Shown: in pieces, positions 1 through 9,506 of the stretch
How positions within the stretch are numbered: the first letter of the stretch is position 1
Layout: every line of letters starts with the position of its first letter
IMG/VR virus record: IMGVR_UViG_3300006922_000005
Length of the DNA stretch: 64,000 nucleotides
Reading direction: 5' to 3' (one strand)
DNA from: a virus
Taxonomy: Duplodnaviria > Caudoviricetes
Position numbers and translations under genes: made by a program
The notes under the pieces: model-generated
What the model was told of the DNA's origin: nothing
Databases searched by the model: none
The model's input: only the letters and a program-made list of their open reading frames with translations

Positions 1-1
1 A

Positions 2-151
2 GGTAAAGTAGACCCTAAACGTTTAAGCGACAATTACTTCCATGTATGTGAAAACTGTGATCCTAAGAGATTTGCACAAAAGAAAGGCGTTCAAAAACGT
101 CTTGTGTGGAATATGCCTGCTGGTAGTAGTTTAGATATTAGTAAAATTTAA
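2..151 (+). CDS. 3' end of a hypothetical protein (runs off the window start)
   Basis: Open frame GKVDPKRLSDNYFHVCENCDPKRFAQKKG...SKI ending in TAA at 149-151; contains CxxC. Confidence 0.6.
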   Translation, partial: GKVDPKRLSDNYFHVCENCDPKRFAQKKGVQKRLVWNMPAGSSLDISKI

Positions 152-516
152 AAGTCTAAAGCAAGTTGCCATTCTTCTGCAACGTTATCTTTGCTCCATT
201 GCGGAAGCATAGTAGTAACTACTTCAACATTATTAATTTTATCATGTGCTTCAAGTGTAAGTTTTTTCACTTGTTTAAGAAGTTCATCAGCAAACGGACA
301 CCATGCACTAGTGAATGTCATTAATACATGTAATGTACCGTCTGCTGTGATTTTAAGATCATATATCAACCCTAGGTCGTATATGTTTATAGAAATTTCA
401 GGATCAAATATCCCTTTTAGAGCATCAATTACTGATGAACGTACTTCATCACGTAGTACAGGATCTTCTTGTACATTGTCTAAAGTTTTTTCAAAGGCAT
501 TTGATTCGACTTGCAT
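148..516 (-). CDS. SufT/DUF59 (FeS assembly, PaaD-like) protein
   Basis: DPEISINIYDLGLIYD, MTFTSAWCP and PQWSKD motifs; start moved to 516 (MQVES) because of the TAATG overlap with the upstream ORF. Confidence 0.85.
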   Translation of the reverse strand: MQVESNAFEKTLDNVQEDPVLRDEVRSSVIDALKGIFDPEISINIYDLGLIYDLKITADGTLHVLMTFTSAWCPFADELLKQVKKLTLEAHDKINNVEVVTTMLPQWSKDNVAEEWQLALDF

Positions 517-680
517 TAGTCTTCTTTTTTCCAAATAGTCCATGCACCATATGCAATAGCCGCATATGCCGCTAGTTTTGCAAAAGGTCCTGCAATAAGA
601 ACAATAACTCCGATTGCAATAAGAGCCGCTCCATCTAGTGATGTACGCTCTTCAAGTCTTGCTTTAATCCAATTTTTCAT
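516..680 (-). CDS. 54-aa membrane protein not in the ORF track
   Basis: Hand translation MKNWIKARLEERTSLDGAALIAIGVIVLIAGPFAKLAAYAAIAYGAWTIWKKED; SD-like GGGA upstream; stop overlaps the next ATG. Confidence 0.75.
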   Translation of the reverse strand: MKNWIKARLEERTSLDGAALIAIGVIVLIAGPFAKLAAYAAIAYGAWTIWKKED

Positions 681-691
681 TTGTTTCCCCT

Positions 692-898
692 TTATTTCTT
701 TGTTGCTTTTTTCTTTGCAACTGTTTTCTTGGCCGCTGTTTTTTTAGCAGGCGCTTTTTTCTTGGCCGCTGGTTTTTTAGCAGGCGCTTTTTTCTTTGTA
801 ACTGTTTTCTTCTTAGGTTTCTTCTCTTTTACTTCCATTTCTTTTGTAAGTACAAGAGTTTCTTCTGATGAAAATAGTCGTGTTAACCATCCAAACAT
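692..898 (-). CDS. Histone H1-like basic protein (PAKK repeats)
   Basis: Lys/Ala-rich tail KKKAPAKKPAAKKKAPAKKTAAKK. Confidence 0.75.
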   Translation of the reverse strand: MFGWLTRLFSSEETLVLTKEMEVKEKKPKKKTVTKKKAPAKKPAAKKKAPAKKTAAKKTVAKKKATKK

Positions 899-907
899 CT
901 TATTCTC

Positions 908-1462
908 CTATTTGTCTGTTAATATAATTACCCCGCAGGCTAGTCTTTCACCTGCGTTTCCGGTTTTGAGTGATTCTTCATCTCCGCCTTTGCCAAGATC
1001 GTCCTCATCTGAATGAACTACAATACTACGACCCACTACACTTCGTTTGCCTATAAGGTCAATACGTTCTGCAATGATGGTGAAGTCGGCTATGCCGTCT
1101 GTGTTCGCTGTAACATTTTCTAAATCGCCAACGTGACCGTTCTGTAATCCGCCGTGATCTACATTATCCGGATTGTAGTGGCCACCAGCAGTTTCACAGC
1201 CATTTGTCAAATCACCAAATTCGTGTATATGAAATCCATGTTTGCCCGGCTCAAGTCCTGTAATACGTCCTACAATTACAGTGCCTTCACCTTCGTTCAT
1301 TTGTCTTAATAGAATAGTACCTTTTACTGTTTCACTTTGTTCTAGTTCGCACATGGCTGTAACATGTGATTGTGATTCAGTTAGTGCTGATAAGTGGTTG
1401 CACTGGCACTCAGTGGCCTTCGTTCTAAAGCAACGTTTATCTGATATCTCTTGTAATTTCAT
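908..1462 (-). CDS. sodC: Cu/Zn superoxide dismutase with N-terminal extension
   Basis: HGFHIH, GGHYNP, HGG, HVGDL, VVH and GERLACG ligand motifs all intact. Confidence 0.95.
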   Translation of the reverse strand: MKLQEISDKRCFRTKATECQCNHLSALTESQSHVTAMCELEQSETVKGTILLRQMNEGEGTVIVGRITGLEPGKHGFHIHEFGDLTNGCETAGGHYNPDNVDHGGLQNGHVGDLENVTANTDGIADFTIIAERIDLIGKRSVVGRSIVVHSDEDDLGKGGDEESLKTGNAGERLACGVIILTDK

Positions 1463-1546
1463 ACAACTATTTATTGTTCTTTTTTATACAAGTCCCATAA
1501 TTTATACTTGTTTCTCCAAGTGTTCATCTCTGATGCTAACTTGTCG

Positions 1547-2659
1547 TTATGTGGTATAAACTTTAGAGGTTCTTGCTCGAGTACTTTCCGGATTGGACTG
1601 CTCTCGAATAAAATCTCGTCCTCGCTCATAACAATATTTATGCAAATTAATACTTGCTAGATTTTTTGCTTTGCTTTCACACATGATATCTGCATATGGT
1701 AAAAATGATAATGCCCAGTCATTAACAGCATTGTTAGGATAGTAGTCACTGTGGGCTCTTAGTTTGCCTTTCTTGTATCCTGCTTCTAATAGTGCAGGCA
1801 TGTTAGGCATAGTATCGTGTGCAAACCCTTCTGGCAGTGCTTCATCTCTGCTGTATGAATAATGTATCACAGGACGCACACCACGCCACGAATCAATTAC
1901 ACGAGCAAATCTATCGTCAGTGGGACGCATATATTCACCTTCACGACACCAGTGGTGGTGTATGTCCAGTACGAGGGCACAGGTGTCGACCAACTCGAGA
2001 CTGTCCATGATACCCCATTTGTTTTCATCGTTCTCAATCGTAATGCAGTTTCTCGCTTCTTGAGATAATCTTGTGTTAACTGCGTGTTTGATACCGGCTG
2101 GACCTTGTCTGCCTGATATATGGACATTGCATTTGAAGTCCTGGAAGGTCTTGCCGTATCCCATCCAGCGTATGACATCGGTGTGATATTCAAATTCTTC
2201 TACGCTCCTATTTACTATTTCCGGATTATCTGAAGCAAGGACTGTAAATTGGCCTGGGTGCATTGAGAGTCTAACATCGAGGGCTCTTGCTGTTTCTCCG
2301 ACTTTCGCAAATTCTCTCGACGCATATTCCACCACGTCAGGCTTACGCCAATAATAACTCCAATCGTGCTGGGTATAAACAGGAAGTACATCACTACCCA
2401 ATCTGACCATTCTAAGTTCATCTGGCAATCCTCCTACATACTTGATAAGATTGTGGTACGCTTCAATATTGTGTACCATGATATCCCACAAGCGTTCTTC
2501 AGCAACATCTTTAGTTTGTCTATTAAGCCACTGAACTGTTGTACTACGAGTATTTAGTGGCCGCTGAATTTCTTCTAGTAGTTTTTTCTTTTGTGTTTGA
2601 TCTGGATGCATGTACTTACATGCAAAGCCTAAACGTCTAACAGTTCCAGTCGAATTCAT
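1547..2659 (-). CDS. uvsE: UV-damage endonuclease (UVDE/UvsE family)
   Basis: RLGFAC, RLSMHPGQF, ITIENDE, LVLDIHHH, AHSDY and IMCESKAKN motifs. Confidence 0.92.
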   Translation of the reverse strand: MNSTGTVRRLGFACKYMHPDQTQKKKLLEEIQRPLNTRSTTVQWLNRQTKDVAEERLWDIMVHNIEAYHNLIKYVGGLPDELRMVRLGSDVLPVYTQHDWSYYWRKPDVVEYASREFAKVGETARALDVRLSMHPGQFTVLASDNPEIVNRSVEEFEYHTDVIRWMGYGKTFQDFKCNVHISGRQGPAGIKHAVNTRLSQEARNCITIENDENKWGIMDSLELVDTCALVLDIHHHWCREGEYMRPTDDRFARVIDSWRGVRPVIHYSYSRDEALPEGFAHDTMPNMPALLEAGYKKGKLRAHSDYYPNNAVNDWALSFLPYADIMCESKAKNLASINLHKYCYERGRDFIREQSNPESTRARTSKVYTT

Positions 2660-3371
2660 CTTTTAGTATCTTCCAAGTTTCTTTGTAGTTCTTTACATTA
2701 TAGCAGTGACCAAGGTCCTTGTCAATGATTACTTTTTTCAAAGGATAGTCATTTCCTTCTTTGTGCATTGCATCACCAAAGAAATGTAATATATCATTAA
2801 CAGGATCAAAATCTTTTATAATTTGGCTTTTATCAAAACCGTTTGGGAAAATATCCATTCCAGTTTCGCCACCTACTACTGCTTTTAATCTTGGAAAATA
2901 ATTATTGAACGCCGTTGCAATAGTATTTCGTTCATCGTGCTTTGTATCATATTCTACATATAGTTTTCTTTCGCCTAATGTAGCATGACGTCCTACAATA
3001 CTAAAGTTAACCATGCCTGGTCGTTCTTCAATATGGTTACCTGTACGTAATGGAAATGTACTTTCCTCTAGTTTAGACTCTAACCAATGTCGTGTATCTT
3101 TAGGTAATATCCAAGAACTTGTATGAATATTTTTTTCGCCTTTGTATATATCACAGCCACTGCAATTATATACAAGTTCAGCCATGCCGTACAGTCTATC
3201 GCCTATTTGTTCAACTGTTTTAGGTCTATCACTACCTGTAACAAGGTATACATAATTAGTTTTACAAAAATGAAAAAAGAACTTTTCAAACTCAGGATCA
3301 ATCTTCCCTCTACTAGGAGTAAGTGTTCCGTCTACATCAAAAATAAATCTGTTTACAACTGTCATGTCCAA
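2637..3371 (-). CDS. HAD-IIB hydrolase, eukaryote-type phosphomannomutase-like
   Basis: FDVDGTLT, VTGSD, IEERPGMVNFSIVGR, GGETGMDIFP, FFGD and GNDYP motifs. Confidence 0.8.
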   Translation of the reverse strand: MDMTVVNRFIFDVDGTLTPSRGKIDPEFEKFFFHFCKTNYVYLVTGSDRPKTVEQIGDRLYGMAELVYNCSGCDIYKGEKNIHTSSWILPKDTRHWLESKLEESTFPLRTGNHIEERPGMVNFSIVGRHATLGERKLYVEYDTKHDERNTIATAFNNYFPRLKAVVGGETGMDIFPNGFDKSQIIKDFDPVNDILHFFGDAMHKEGNDYPLKKVIIDKDLGHCYNVKNYKETWKILKDEFDWNC

Positions 3372-4240
3372 TTATTCCTTACCCACGGATCTTCACACAT
3401 ATGAGGATTTGGGTCACCGTGAAAGACACAAATACAACATTGACTAGGTGGTACTACATCTTCTACTTTACTAAATTTTCTATTACCTTTTGCACCGCTT
3501 TGTAAAGATCTATCTTTACGTATTTCCCATTTCCAACTTTGTATCCATTCATCAGGCCAAGTTTTGGCTGTACCTTTTGCCGCTGTCCATAACCAGTCTT
3601 GATCTCCAAAGTGTTTTTGGATAATTGCTTTTGGATCTTTAATAAAGTCTGTCCATACATGATTGAGTTGACCTAACTTAAATCTAATTACAGAACTATT
3701 ATACTTTTCCCATTTAGGTTGCATTGCTCTTGTAAAATCTCTGATAACACACCAATCATCTGTTTCGTATTCAAACAATTTATTTAGGTTACCACTAATA
3801 ACTACATCAAGATCCATATATAAAATTGTACTATCTTGTGCTAGAGGTAAATTTGCACTATACATATATGGTTTACACCACCAACCTGAAAGTTCTTTTG
3901 GTAACTCTAAACATTGAATGTCTTTATCTAAGCCTCTAGGATCATCTGTAAGACAAACAAACTTAAAAGGAATAGTTAGGTTACGTTTTACCATACTGTA
4001 CAATACATTTACATATTGACTAGAATATTTGTTACCGTGTTTTAAACATAATACATAATTTTGTTTATGTAATTTATCAGGTGCACGTTCTCCATAAAGT
4101 TCTTGCCAATCTTTTGTTTTTTGTTCTTCACTAGCAATGCGTAACTTGGCTTCTAATTTATCTTGCTTTTCTTTTCGACGCTTTTCACGAATAATTTTCC
4201 ACTGTTCTTTTGTGTATTGTGATTTGTCTAGTTTTGCCAT
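3362..4240 (-). CDS. GT-A fold glycosyltransferase (GT8-like)
   Basis: LYMDLDVVI DxD motif, GDQDWL, VFHGDPNP. Confidence 0.75.
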   Translation of the reverse strand: MAKLDKSQYTKEQWKIIREKRRKEKQDKLEAKLRIASEEQKTKDWQELYGERAPDKLHKQNYVLCLKHGNKYSSQYVNVLYSMVKRNLTIPFKFVCLTDDPRGLDKDIQCLELPKELSGWWCKPYMYSANLPLAQDSTILYMDLDVVISGNLNKLFEYETDDWCVIRDFTRAMQPKWEKYNSSVIRFKLGQLNHVWTDFIKDPKAIIQKHFGDQDWLWTAAKGTAKTWPDEWIQSWKWEIRKDRSLQSGAKGNRKFSKVEDVVPPSQCCICVFHGDPNPHMCEDPWVRNNWT

Positions 4241-4899
4241 CTATCAATGTCCTCGGGAGTGTTTATTTCTACTCCATTAAAATCAGCATGTAGGCATCCT
4301 ATATCCCAACCTGCTTTAAGCCAGCGTAATTGCTCTAACTTCTCAACTTGTTCTTCTTGTTCAATTTCGTAAGTATTATAAAATTCTAATACGTTGCGTG
4401 AGTATCCGTATATACCTAAATGCCAATGTCCGTATCCTGTAATACCTCTACCAAACCATAATGCTTTATCGCCTGATCGAATCATCTTAACACTATTAGG
4501 ATCGTCTTGCATTTCTTTGGGCATGTCTGTCCACAACGTAGTTATTTGATAATGTTGCAAATGCCATATGCATCGCTCTATCATTTGTAATGTTACATCA
4601 GGCATATCACCTTGTACATTTACAAACTGATCATACTCGTCTAGTAATGCACTTTTCTTAACTGCACCTGCAATTCGTTCAGTACCATTTTCATAATCAT
4701 CATTGTCCATAATACAATTTGGACCAATAACATTATAAATGTCTTGATGATCAGTAAGCACGTATGTTGGTATCTTAGACGCTGTACAAGCGTCATACAC
4801 TCGCTTTATCATAGGAACACCATTAAGCATAGCAAGTGGTTTACCAGGAAAGCGTGTGCTACCGTATCTAGCCGGTATAAGAATAGCGGTGGATTTCAT
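4228..4899 (-). CDS. kdsB: CMP-Kdo synthetase
   Basis: IPARYGSTRFPGKPL, NGTERI, VNVQGD, HLGIYGY, EKLEQLRWL, INTPED. Confidence 0.93.
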   Translation of the reverse strand: MKSTAILIPARYGSTRFPGKPLAMLNGVPMIKRVYDACTASKIPTYVLTDHQDIYNVIGPNCIMDNDDYENGTERIAGAVKKSALLDEYDQFVNVQGDMPDVTLQMIERCIWHLQHYQITTLWTDMPKEMQDDPNSVKMIRSGDKALWFGRGITGYGHWHLGIYGYSRNVLEFYNTYEIEQEEQVEKLEQLRWLKAGWDIGCLHADFNGVEINTPEDIDRWQN

Positions 4900-5647
4900 C
4901 TACTACCTTTTCAAAGTCTTTTAAATGTAATGCGTTTGGACCATCACTAGGTGCATTGTCTGGATCATGATGAACTTCTAAAAAGAAATTTCTGACCCCA
5001 AGAGCACTCCCAGCACGAGCCAACCCAGGCACATAATCACGATTGCCGCCGCTACTAGTCCCGTGTCCTCCGGGTTTTTGGACAGAGTGCGTAACATCAA
5101 ACACGACATCAGCATCAATATTGTTGAGCATATAGTCAAGACCAGTATAATCCACCACAAGAGTGTTATATCCAAAACTAGTTCCCCTTTCAGTTATCCA
5201 AACTTCTTTTGCACCTTCTGTTTTTGAAAGTATATTATCAACGTCCCAAGGTGCTAGAAATTGTCCCTTTTTAATATTTACAATCTTTCCTGTTTTACAT
5301 GCCGCCTGTACTAGGTCAGTTTGTCTACACAAGAATGCAGGGATTTGTAATACATCTACAATGTCATTATAGTATGCACCTATTTTAAGAATTTCATTTA
5401 TGTTGTGTACATCAGTAACTATCTTAAAAGGATTTTTTACTTTGTCTTTAATAATTGCAAAGTCATCCATAGTTGTTTTAAGACCTAAGCCTCGAATACC
5501 CTTTAGATTAGAACGATTTGCTTTATCAAAACTTGCTTTAAAAATATATTCAATACCATATTTTCTACAAACACGACTACACTCTACAGCAATTCGTAAA
5601 CTCTGTTCTAGTGTTTCATGTTGACATGGTCCTGCTATAATTCTCAA
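4868..5647 (-). CDS. kdsA: Kdo-8-phosphate synthase
   Basis: IIAGPC, KASFDKANRS, QIPAFLCRQT, NIKKGQF, TERGTSFGY, DVTHSVQ, EVHHDP...SDG; probable TTG start at 5647 behind GGAG. Confidence 0.95.
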   Translation of the reverse strand: MRIIAGPCQHETLEQSLRIAVECSRVCRKYGIEYIFKASFDKANRSNLKGIRGLGLKTTMDDFAIIKDKVKNPFKIVTDVHNINEILKIGAYYNDIVDVLQIPAFLCRQTDLVQAACKTGKIVNIKKGQFLAPWDVDNILSKTEGAKEVWITERGTSFGYNTLVVDYTGLDYMLNNIDADVVFDVTHSVQKPGGHGTSSGGNRDYVPGLARAGSALGVRNFFLEVHHDPDNAPSDGPNALHLKDFEKVVDEIHRYSYTG

Positions 5648-5973
5648 TGGTTTCTCCCTCCATCGAACACACAAATAAAATATAAATCATCATGCATACC
5701 TGCATGTACACGATGGAATACACCGTCTTTGATTAATACTGTATCACCTGGTTGTACTTTAATTGTTTCATCATCAAGTTCCATTTTACCAACACCTTCA
5801 ATAAACATATACACTTCTTCTTGTCCGTCGTGTTTATGTCCTCTAGTGCTTTTTCTTCTGTTTAGTCTAGTACTTGATACAACTAAATTATTAAGTTCTG
5901 TATTGTCTTTTACAATATAGTTTTCATCTTCTTTAACTATTTTGCCTCCGACTCTCCAATGTGTATATCTCAT
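5644..5973 (-). CDS. Cupin-domain protein
   Basis: GHKH...EEVYMFIEGVG...GVFHRV cupin motifs; start moved to MRYTHW. Confidence 0.85.
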   Translation of the reverse strand: MRYTHWRVGGKIVKEDENYIVKDNTELNNLVVSSTRLNRRKSTRGHKHDGQEEVYMFIEGVGKMELDDETIKVQPGDTVLIKDGVFHRVHAGMHDDLYFICVFDGGRNH

Positions 5974-5974
5974 A

Positions 5975-6445
5975 TTATGCCTCGAGTATAGATCTTCGAG
6001 CCTCATAAATTGCTGAATTAGCACCGTGTTCTGCACACTCAACTCTTACAACATAACAACGATTGTTGCTTTGTTCTCTAATCAGTTTGTCTGCAAAGTT
6101 AAAGGCATGTTCAGCAAACTTCTCTGCACCAACACCATCAAAGACTCTAATCTCTGCAAGGTCAAGTGCTTCAAGTTGTTCCATTACATCCATGTGCGGA
6201 TCTCGTTTGTCAACTGCTACTTTATGATCAAAGTTATCTTCAAGCCATGCTTTGATTTGTTTTAGTCCACCAAAGTCTACTGCCCAATTTTTATTGTCTA
6301 GTTCTTTGCAACCAAATGTAAATGTAAATGCTAGACTATAACCATGTAACAGATGGCAGTGTGAATGATCTGCGTTAGGTTGTCTGAACACCGCTGATAA
6401 ACCAATGTTGTGTCCGTAATGTTTTGTACTATAATGTATTCCCAT
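5975..6445 (-). CDS. queD: 6-carboxytetrahydropterin synthase (QueD/PTPS family)
   Basis: HSHCHLLHGYS, DFGGLKQIK, FDHK and terminal E..ANSAIYE motifs. Confidence 0.88.
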   Translation of the reverse strand: MGIHYSTKHYGHNIGLSAVFRQPNADHSHCHLLHGYSLAFTFTFGCKELDNKNWAVDFGGLKQIKAWLEDNFDHKVAVDKRDPHMDVMEQLEALDLAEIRVFDGVGAEKFAEHAFNFADKLIREQSNNRCYVVRVECAEHGANSAIYEARRSILEA

Positions 6446-6560
6446 AATTTTCTCCTACTTGTATTATTTTATGGGCGGCAGAATTAGAAGGGTTGACGCC
6501 AAGTCCTTGATGTATGTATATATGCCAATTTACCTGTTGGTGAAAATTTTCTATAAACAT
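6429..6560 (-). promoter_or_regulatory. queD leader: leaderless 43-codon uORF containing a GC-rich candidate RNA element
   Basis: TTGACA-N16-TATAAT promoter ends 6 nt before the ATG at 6560; GGCG/CGCC stem at about 6474-6502; the uORF overlaps the queD SD and start. Confidence 0.45.
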
Positions 6561-6577
6561 AGCACTATTATAGCAGA

Positions 6578-7195
6578 TTATTTGTTTTTGTCAATAAGTT
6601 TTTTTAAATTTTCGTAATTATCGATAAAAAAATTATCAAAATGATCCCATTGTTCTGGTGGTTCCCATTCGTCAGGCTGTATTTGTAAAAACTTTATATT
6701 AGGATAGTGTTCAAACAGTTTAGCAGTTTGATATATCCAATAACTAGGATCAGTAGCAGGCTTATCTTGATTGTTATAATTATCTGTGCTTTTATATACG
6801 TTATTAAATGTGTTATTATTACCCCATAAATCAAATCCTAGCATCACTACATACTCAGGTTGAATAGTACATGCCAAGTTTAATGCATGTCCTCCACTTC
6901 CCCAATGCCACGGATCGTCTTGTCGCTTTTCGCCTTGGTATGGAAGTTCTGGTAAGCACAATACATTACGCCAAAAACTAAATTGCTTGTACCAATCGCT
7001 TCTAGTGTGTACAGGATTTTCGTATGAATTGTTTACTGCTTCTTGTACCATACGTCTGTCACAGCAAACTAATTGATCTGGATGAAAGTCTCTATGAACA
7101 GCATTAGTTCCAATAGTACTTCCTAACCATTCCAATGTATACAGGTCAAAATTCTTACGGCTTTCCCCGTTGCCTATAACGGTAACATACTTCAT
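6578..7195 (-). CDS. Glycosyltransferase-like protein (DUF115/MAF-like)
   Basis: VIGNGESR, GTNAVHR, SGGHAL and VMLGFDL motifs. Confidence 0.55.
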   Translation of the reverse strand: MKYVTVIGNGESRKNFDLYTLEWLGSTIGTNAVHRDFHPDQLVCCDRRMVQEAVNNSYENPVHTRSDWYKQFSFWRNVLCLPELPYQGEKRQDDPWHWGSGGHALNLACTIQPEYVVMLGFDLWGNNNTFNNVYKSTDNYNNQDKPATDPSYWIYQTAKLFEHYPNIKFLQIQPDEWEPPEQWDHFDNFFIDNYENLKKLIDKNK

Positions 7196-7203
7196 AAGTG
7201 TAT

Positions 7204-7542
7204 TTACTTGCCGCGAATGTCTTTGACTAAGTTTTTAATATCACGTATTTCGGATAATACGGTTTGAACATTTAATTCTGCTTTTGCTGTTCTGTCTGCA
7301 ATAGTGCCAATAGTATGTACTGTCCAAAACCACCATGTAACAGCCGTCATAGCAAATACACCTGCACCAATGCCGGCAATAATTTGCCAATCGATTGATC
7401 CAAAGTACCATAATACTATTCCGATTATAATATATAAGATAGGCGATACCTTAGCGTACAAGTCCCACCATCGTACATCACGTTTGATCTTATCAGGCTC
7501 GTTTTGAAAATTTTTAAAAATTATTGTCTTATTATTGCTCAT
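7204..7542 (-). CDS. Two-TM membrane protein with C-terminal coiled coil
   Basis: Two hydrophobic segments; probable start MSNNKT at 7542. Confidence 0.6.
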   Translation of the reverse strand: MSNNKTIIFKNFQNEPDKIKRDVRWWDLYAKVSPILYIIIGIVLWYFGSIDWQIIAGIGAGVFAMTAVTWWFWTVHTIGTIADRTAKAELNVQTVLSEIRDIKNLVKDIRGK

Positions 7543-7585
7543 ATCAATATTTATCTTTTCTAATAAAATTATTAATATGGCAGTA

Positions 7586-8683
7586 TTATGTTCCGATAAA
7601 TCCCCATGGTGACCAGTTACCCGGTGTACCACTGGCTGTACATACCCAACCAATGGGAGCAGTATTTTTTGGATTTTCATTCCACACTGTGTCACCTTTG
7701 TTCCAGTGTCCGTTAGTTGGCGGCTTGTCCGCAACCATAAACAAACGATTTTGAAAACGTATGTTACCTGCAACTTCTAAATCCTCTGAAGGATTTTTTA
7801 CACCAATGCCTAGTTTACCGTAAACACGATGTGTACTGCTAGTATTGCCTTCTTGACCAATTGTAACATCACCATTAAAACTTACTTTAATACGTGCTTG
7901 GTCATCTGTTATTATACGTAAATTTTTATTATTATATGTTCCAATTTTAGCATCACCATCCTCAGCATCAATAATAATATTAGTGTCATTAGCAAAGTTA
8001 TATACTGCTAAATCGCCTGCAGGTTTATCTGTACCAATACCTAGTCTATCTAAGTTGGGATCAAAGAACAATGTTTCAGCAACACTTAGACGTCCTGCAA
8101 CATTTAAATTACGTAAAGTGCCTACTTCTTGTAAACTACTTTTACGAACAGTTCCGCCTAGTGTATCAAATGATAATACATCATTGCCGTCAATCATAAA
8201 CGAACGATCTTTATGTATGTCTATAGGTTCGGTAGACCAAAATCTATCTGGATTGTTTTTGTAAATGAATTGTTTACTATATTTGCCACCACTCCATAAG
8301 AAGCCTGTGCCAACATTTGATTTACGTTTGTTTTTGTGTGTGAATTCTATAAACTGACGTTCTGTTTTTTCATCAGCAATAAGTTCTTTAGTAACAAGAC
8401 TGTCAACTTCTAGTGTACCTTTTACATGAACATTACCAACAAAGTCTGCGTTACCTTGTACTTGTATATCGCCCATAAGTGCATTAGTTTTAATCTTATC
8501 AACAACAACAAATCCGTCCATTATAGTTAAAACAGTTGCAGTTGCTTTGTCTAGTATACCTACAGAACTAAAATCTTGTAGTGGGCCACCTTTGATCCAT
8601 TCCCCGTTAAACTCGCCTGATTTTAAATCAAGTTGTTCAACTCTAATCCCTTCGGGTTTGTCACCAAAAGTGGCCACAGGCAT
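7586..8683 (-). CDS. Virion structural/tail-associated protein
   Basis: RLGIGTDKP and KLGIGVKNPSEDLEVAGN tail-fibre-type repeats; C-terminal GWVCTASGTPG motif. Confidence 0.55.
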   Translation of the reverse strand: MPVATFGDKPEGIRVEQLDLKSGEFNGEWIKGGPLQDFSSVGILDKATATVLTIMDGFVVVDKIKTNALMGDIQVQGNADFVGNVHVKGTLEVDSLVTKELIADEKTERQFIEFTHKNKRKSNVGTGFLWSGGKYSKQFIYKNNPDRFWSTEPIDIHKDRSFMIDGNDVLSFDTLGGTVRKSSLQEVGTLRNLNVAGRLSVAETLFFDPNLDRLGIGTDKPAGDLAVYNFANDTNIIIDAEDGDAKIGTYNNKNLRIITDDQARIKVSFNGDVTIGQEGNTSSTHRVYGKLGIGVKNPSEDLEVAGNIRFQNRLFMVADKPPTNGHWNKGDTVWNENPKNTAPIGWVCTASGTPGNWSPWGFIGT

Positions 8684-8910
8684 TAAACTATCTCCTCGAC
8701 TATTCCTAGCACTTCTGCTAAAAATAATACTGCTCCTCCGAGCATTAATAAAAAGCCTGAATCAGCAATAAAAATATCAGTGTACTCATTTGCTGTCCAT
8801 AAAATATATCCTGCAACTGCCATTAGGCCTGATGCTATAAATCTAAATATACTTTTTACAATACTAACTGCAAAGTGTCCTTTGCTAGGGTCTTTGTTTG
8901 CTATATTCAT
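8683..8910 (-). CDS. Small membrane protein
   Basis: Two hydrophobic helices ending in LGIVEEIV. Confidence 0.65.
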   Translation of the reverse strand: MNIANKDPSKGHFAVSIVKSIFRFIASGLMAVAGYILWTANEYTDIFIADSGFLLMLGGAVLFLAEVLGIVEEIV

Positions 8911-8912
8911 AT

Positions 8913-9506
8913 TTAATCCCTTCTTTCGAAGATCTCATCAATTAGACCATAATCAAGTGCTTCTTGTGCAGTCATAAACTTATCACGTTCCATGTCATTA
9001 CTTAATTCATCAAATGTTTTTCCTTTAGAATTATGTTTTTCATAAATGTGTGTAAGTTCTTTTTTCAACTTAATAATTTCTTCTGCATGAATTTGAATAT
9101 CAGTTGCTTGTCCACTAGCACCACCACTTGGTTGATGTATCATGTGTCTAGCATGTGGTAACATATAACGTTTACCTGGCTCTCCTGCTTGTGCAAGTAG
9201 ACTACCCATTGAACATGCTTGTCCCATTACGTAAGTCCACACAGGTGATTTGATGTATTGCATAGTATCATATATTGCCATACCACTGCTTACTACACCC
9301 CCTGGTGAATTAATATAAAAGTTAATTGGTTTATCACGGTTTTGTGATTCCAATAAAATCAATTGTGCTGTAACTGTGTGTGCTACTGCATCATGAACTG
9401 GACCGTTTAGAAAAACAATTCGTTCTTTTAATAGTCTTGAAAAGATGTCATATGCTCTTTCGCCATTCTGTTCTTTTTCAACGACCATTGGGATTAGGTT
9501 ACTCAT
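8913..9506 (-). CDS. clpP: ATP-dependent Clp protease proteolytic subunit
   Basis: [28 protein letters not shown] (Ser), MIHQP (His), RDKFM (Asp). Confidence 0.96.
   Translation of the reverse strand: MSNLIPMVVEKEQNGERAYDIFSRLLKERIVFLNGPVHDAVAHTVTAQLILLESQNRDKPINFYINSPGGVVSSGMAIYDTMQYIKSPVWTYVMGQACSMGSLLAQAGEPGKRYMLPHARHMIHQPSGGASGQATDIQIHAEEIIKLKKELTHIYEKHNSKGKTFDELSNDMERDKFMTAQEALDYGLIDEIFERRD

Noticed and set aside
681-1016. Plus-strand Phe/Ala-rich ORF
   Set aside because: Antisense shadow of the Lys/Ala-rich PAKK gene and sodC end
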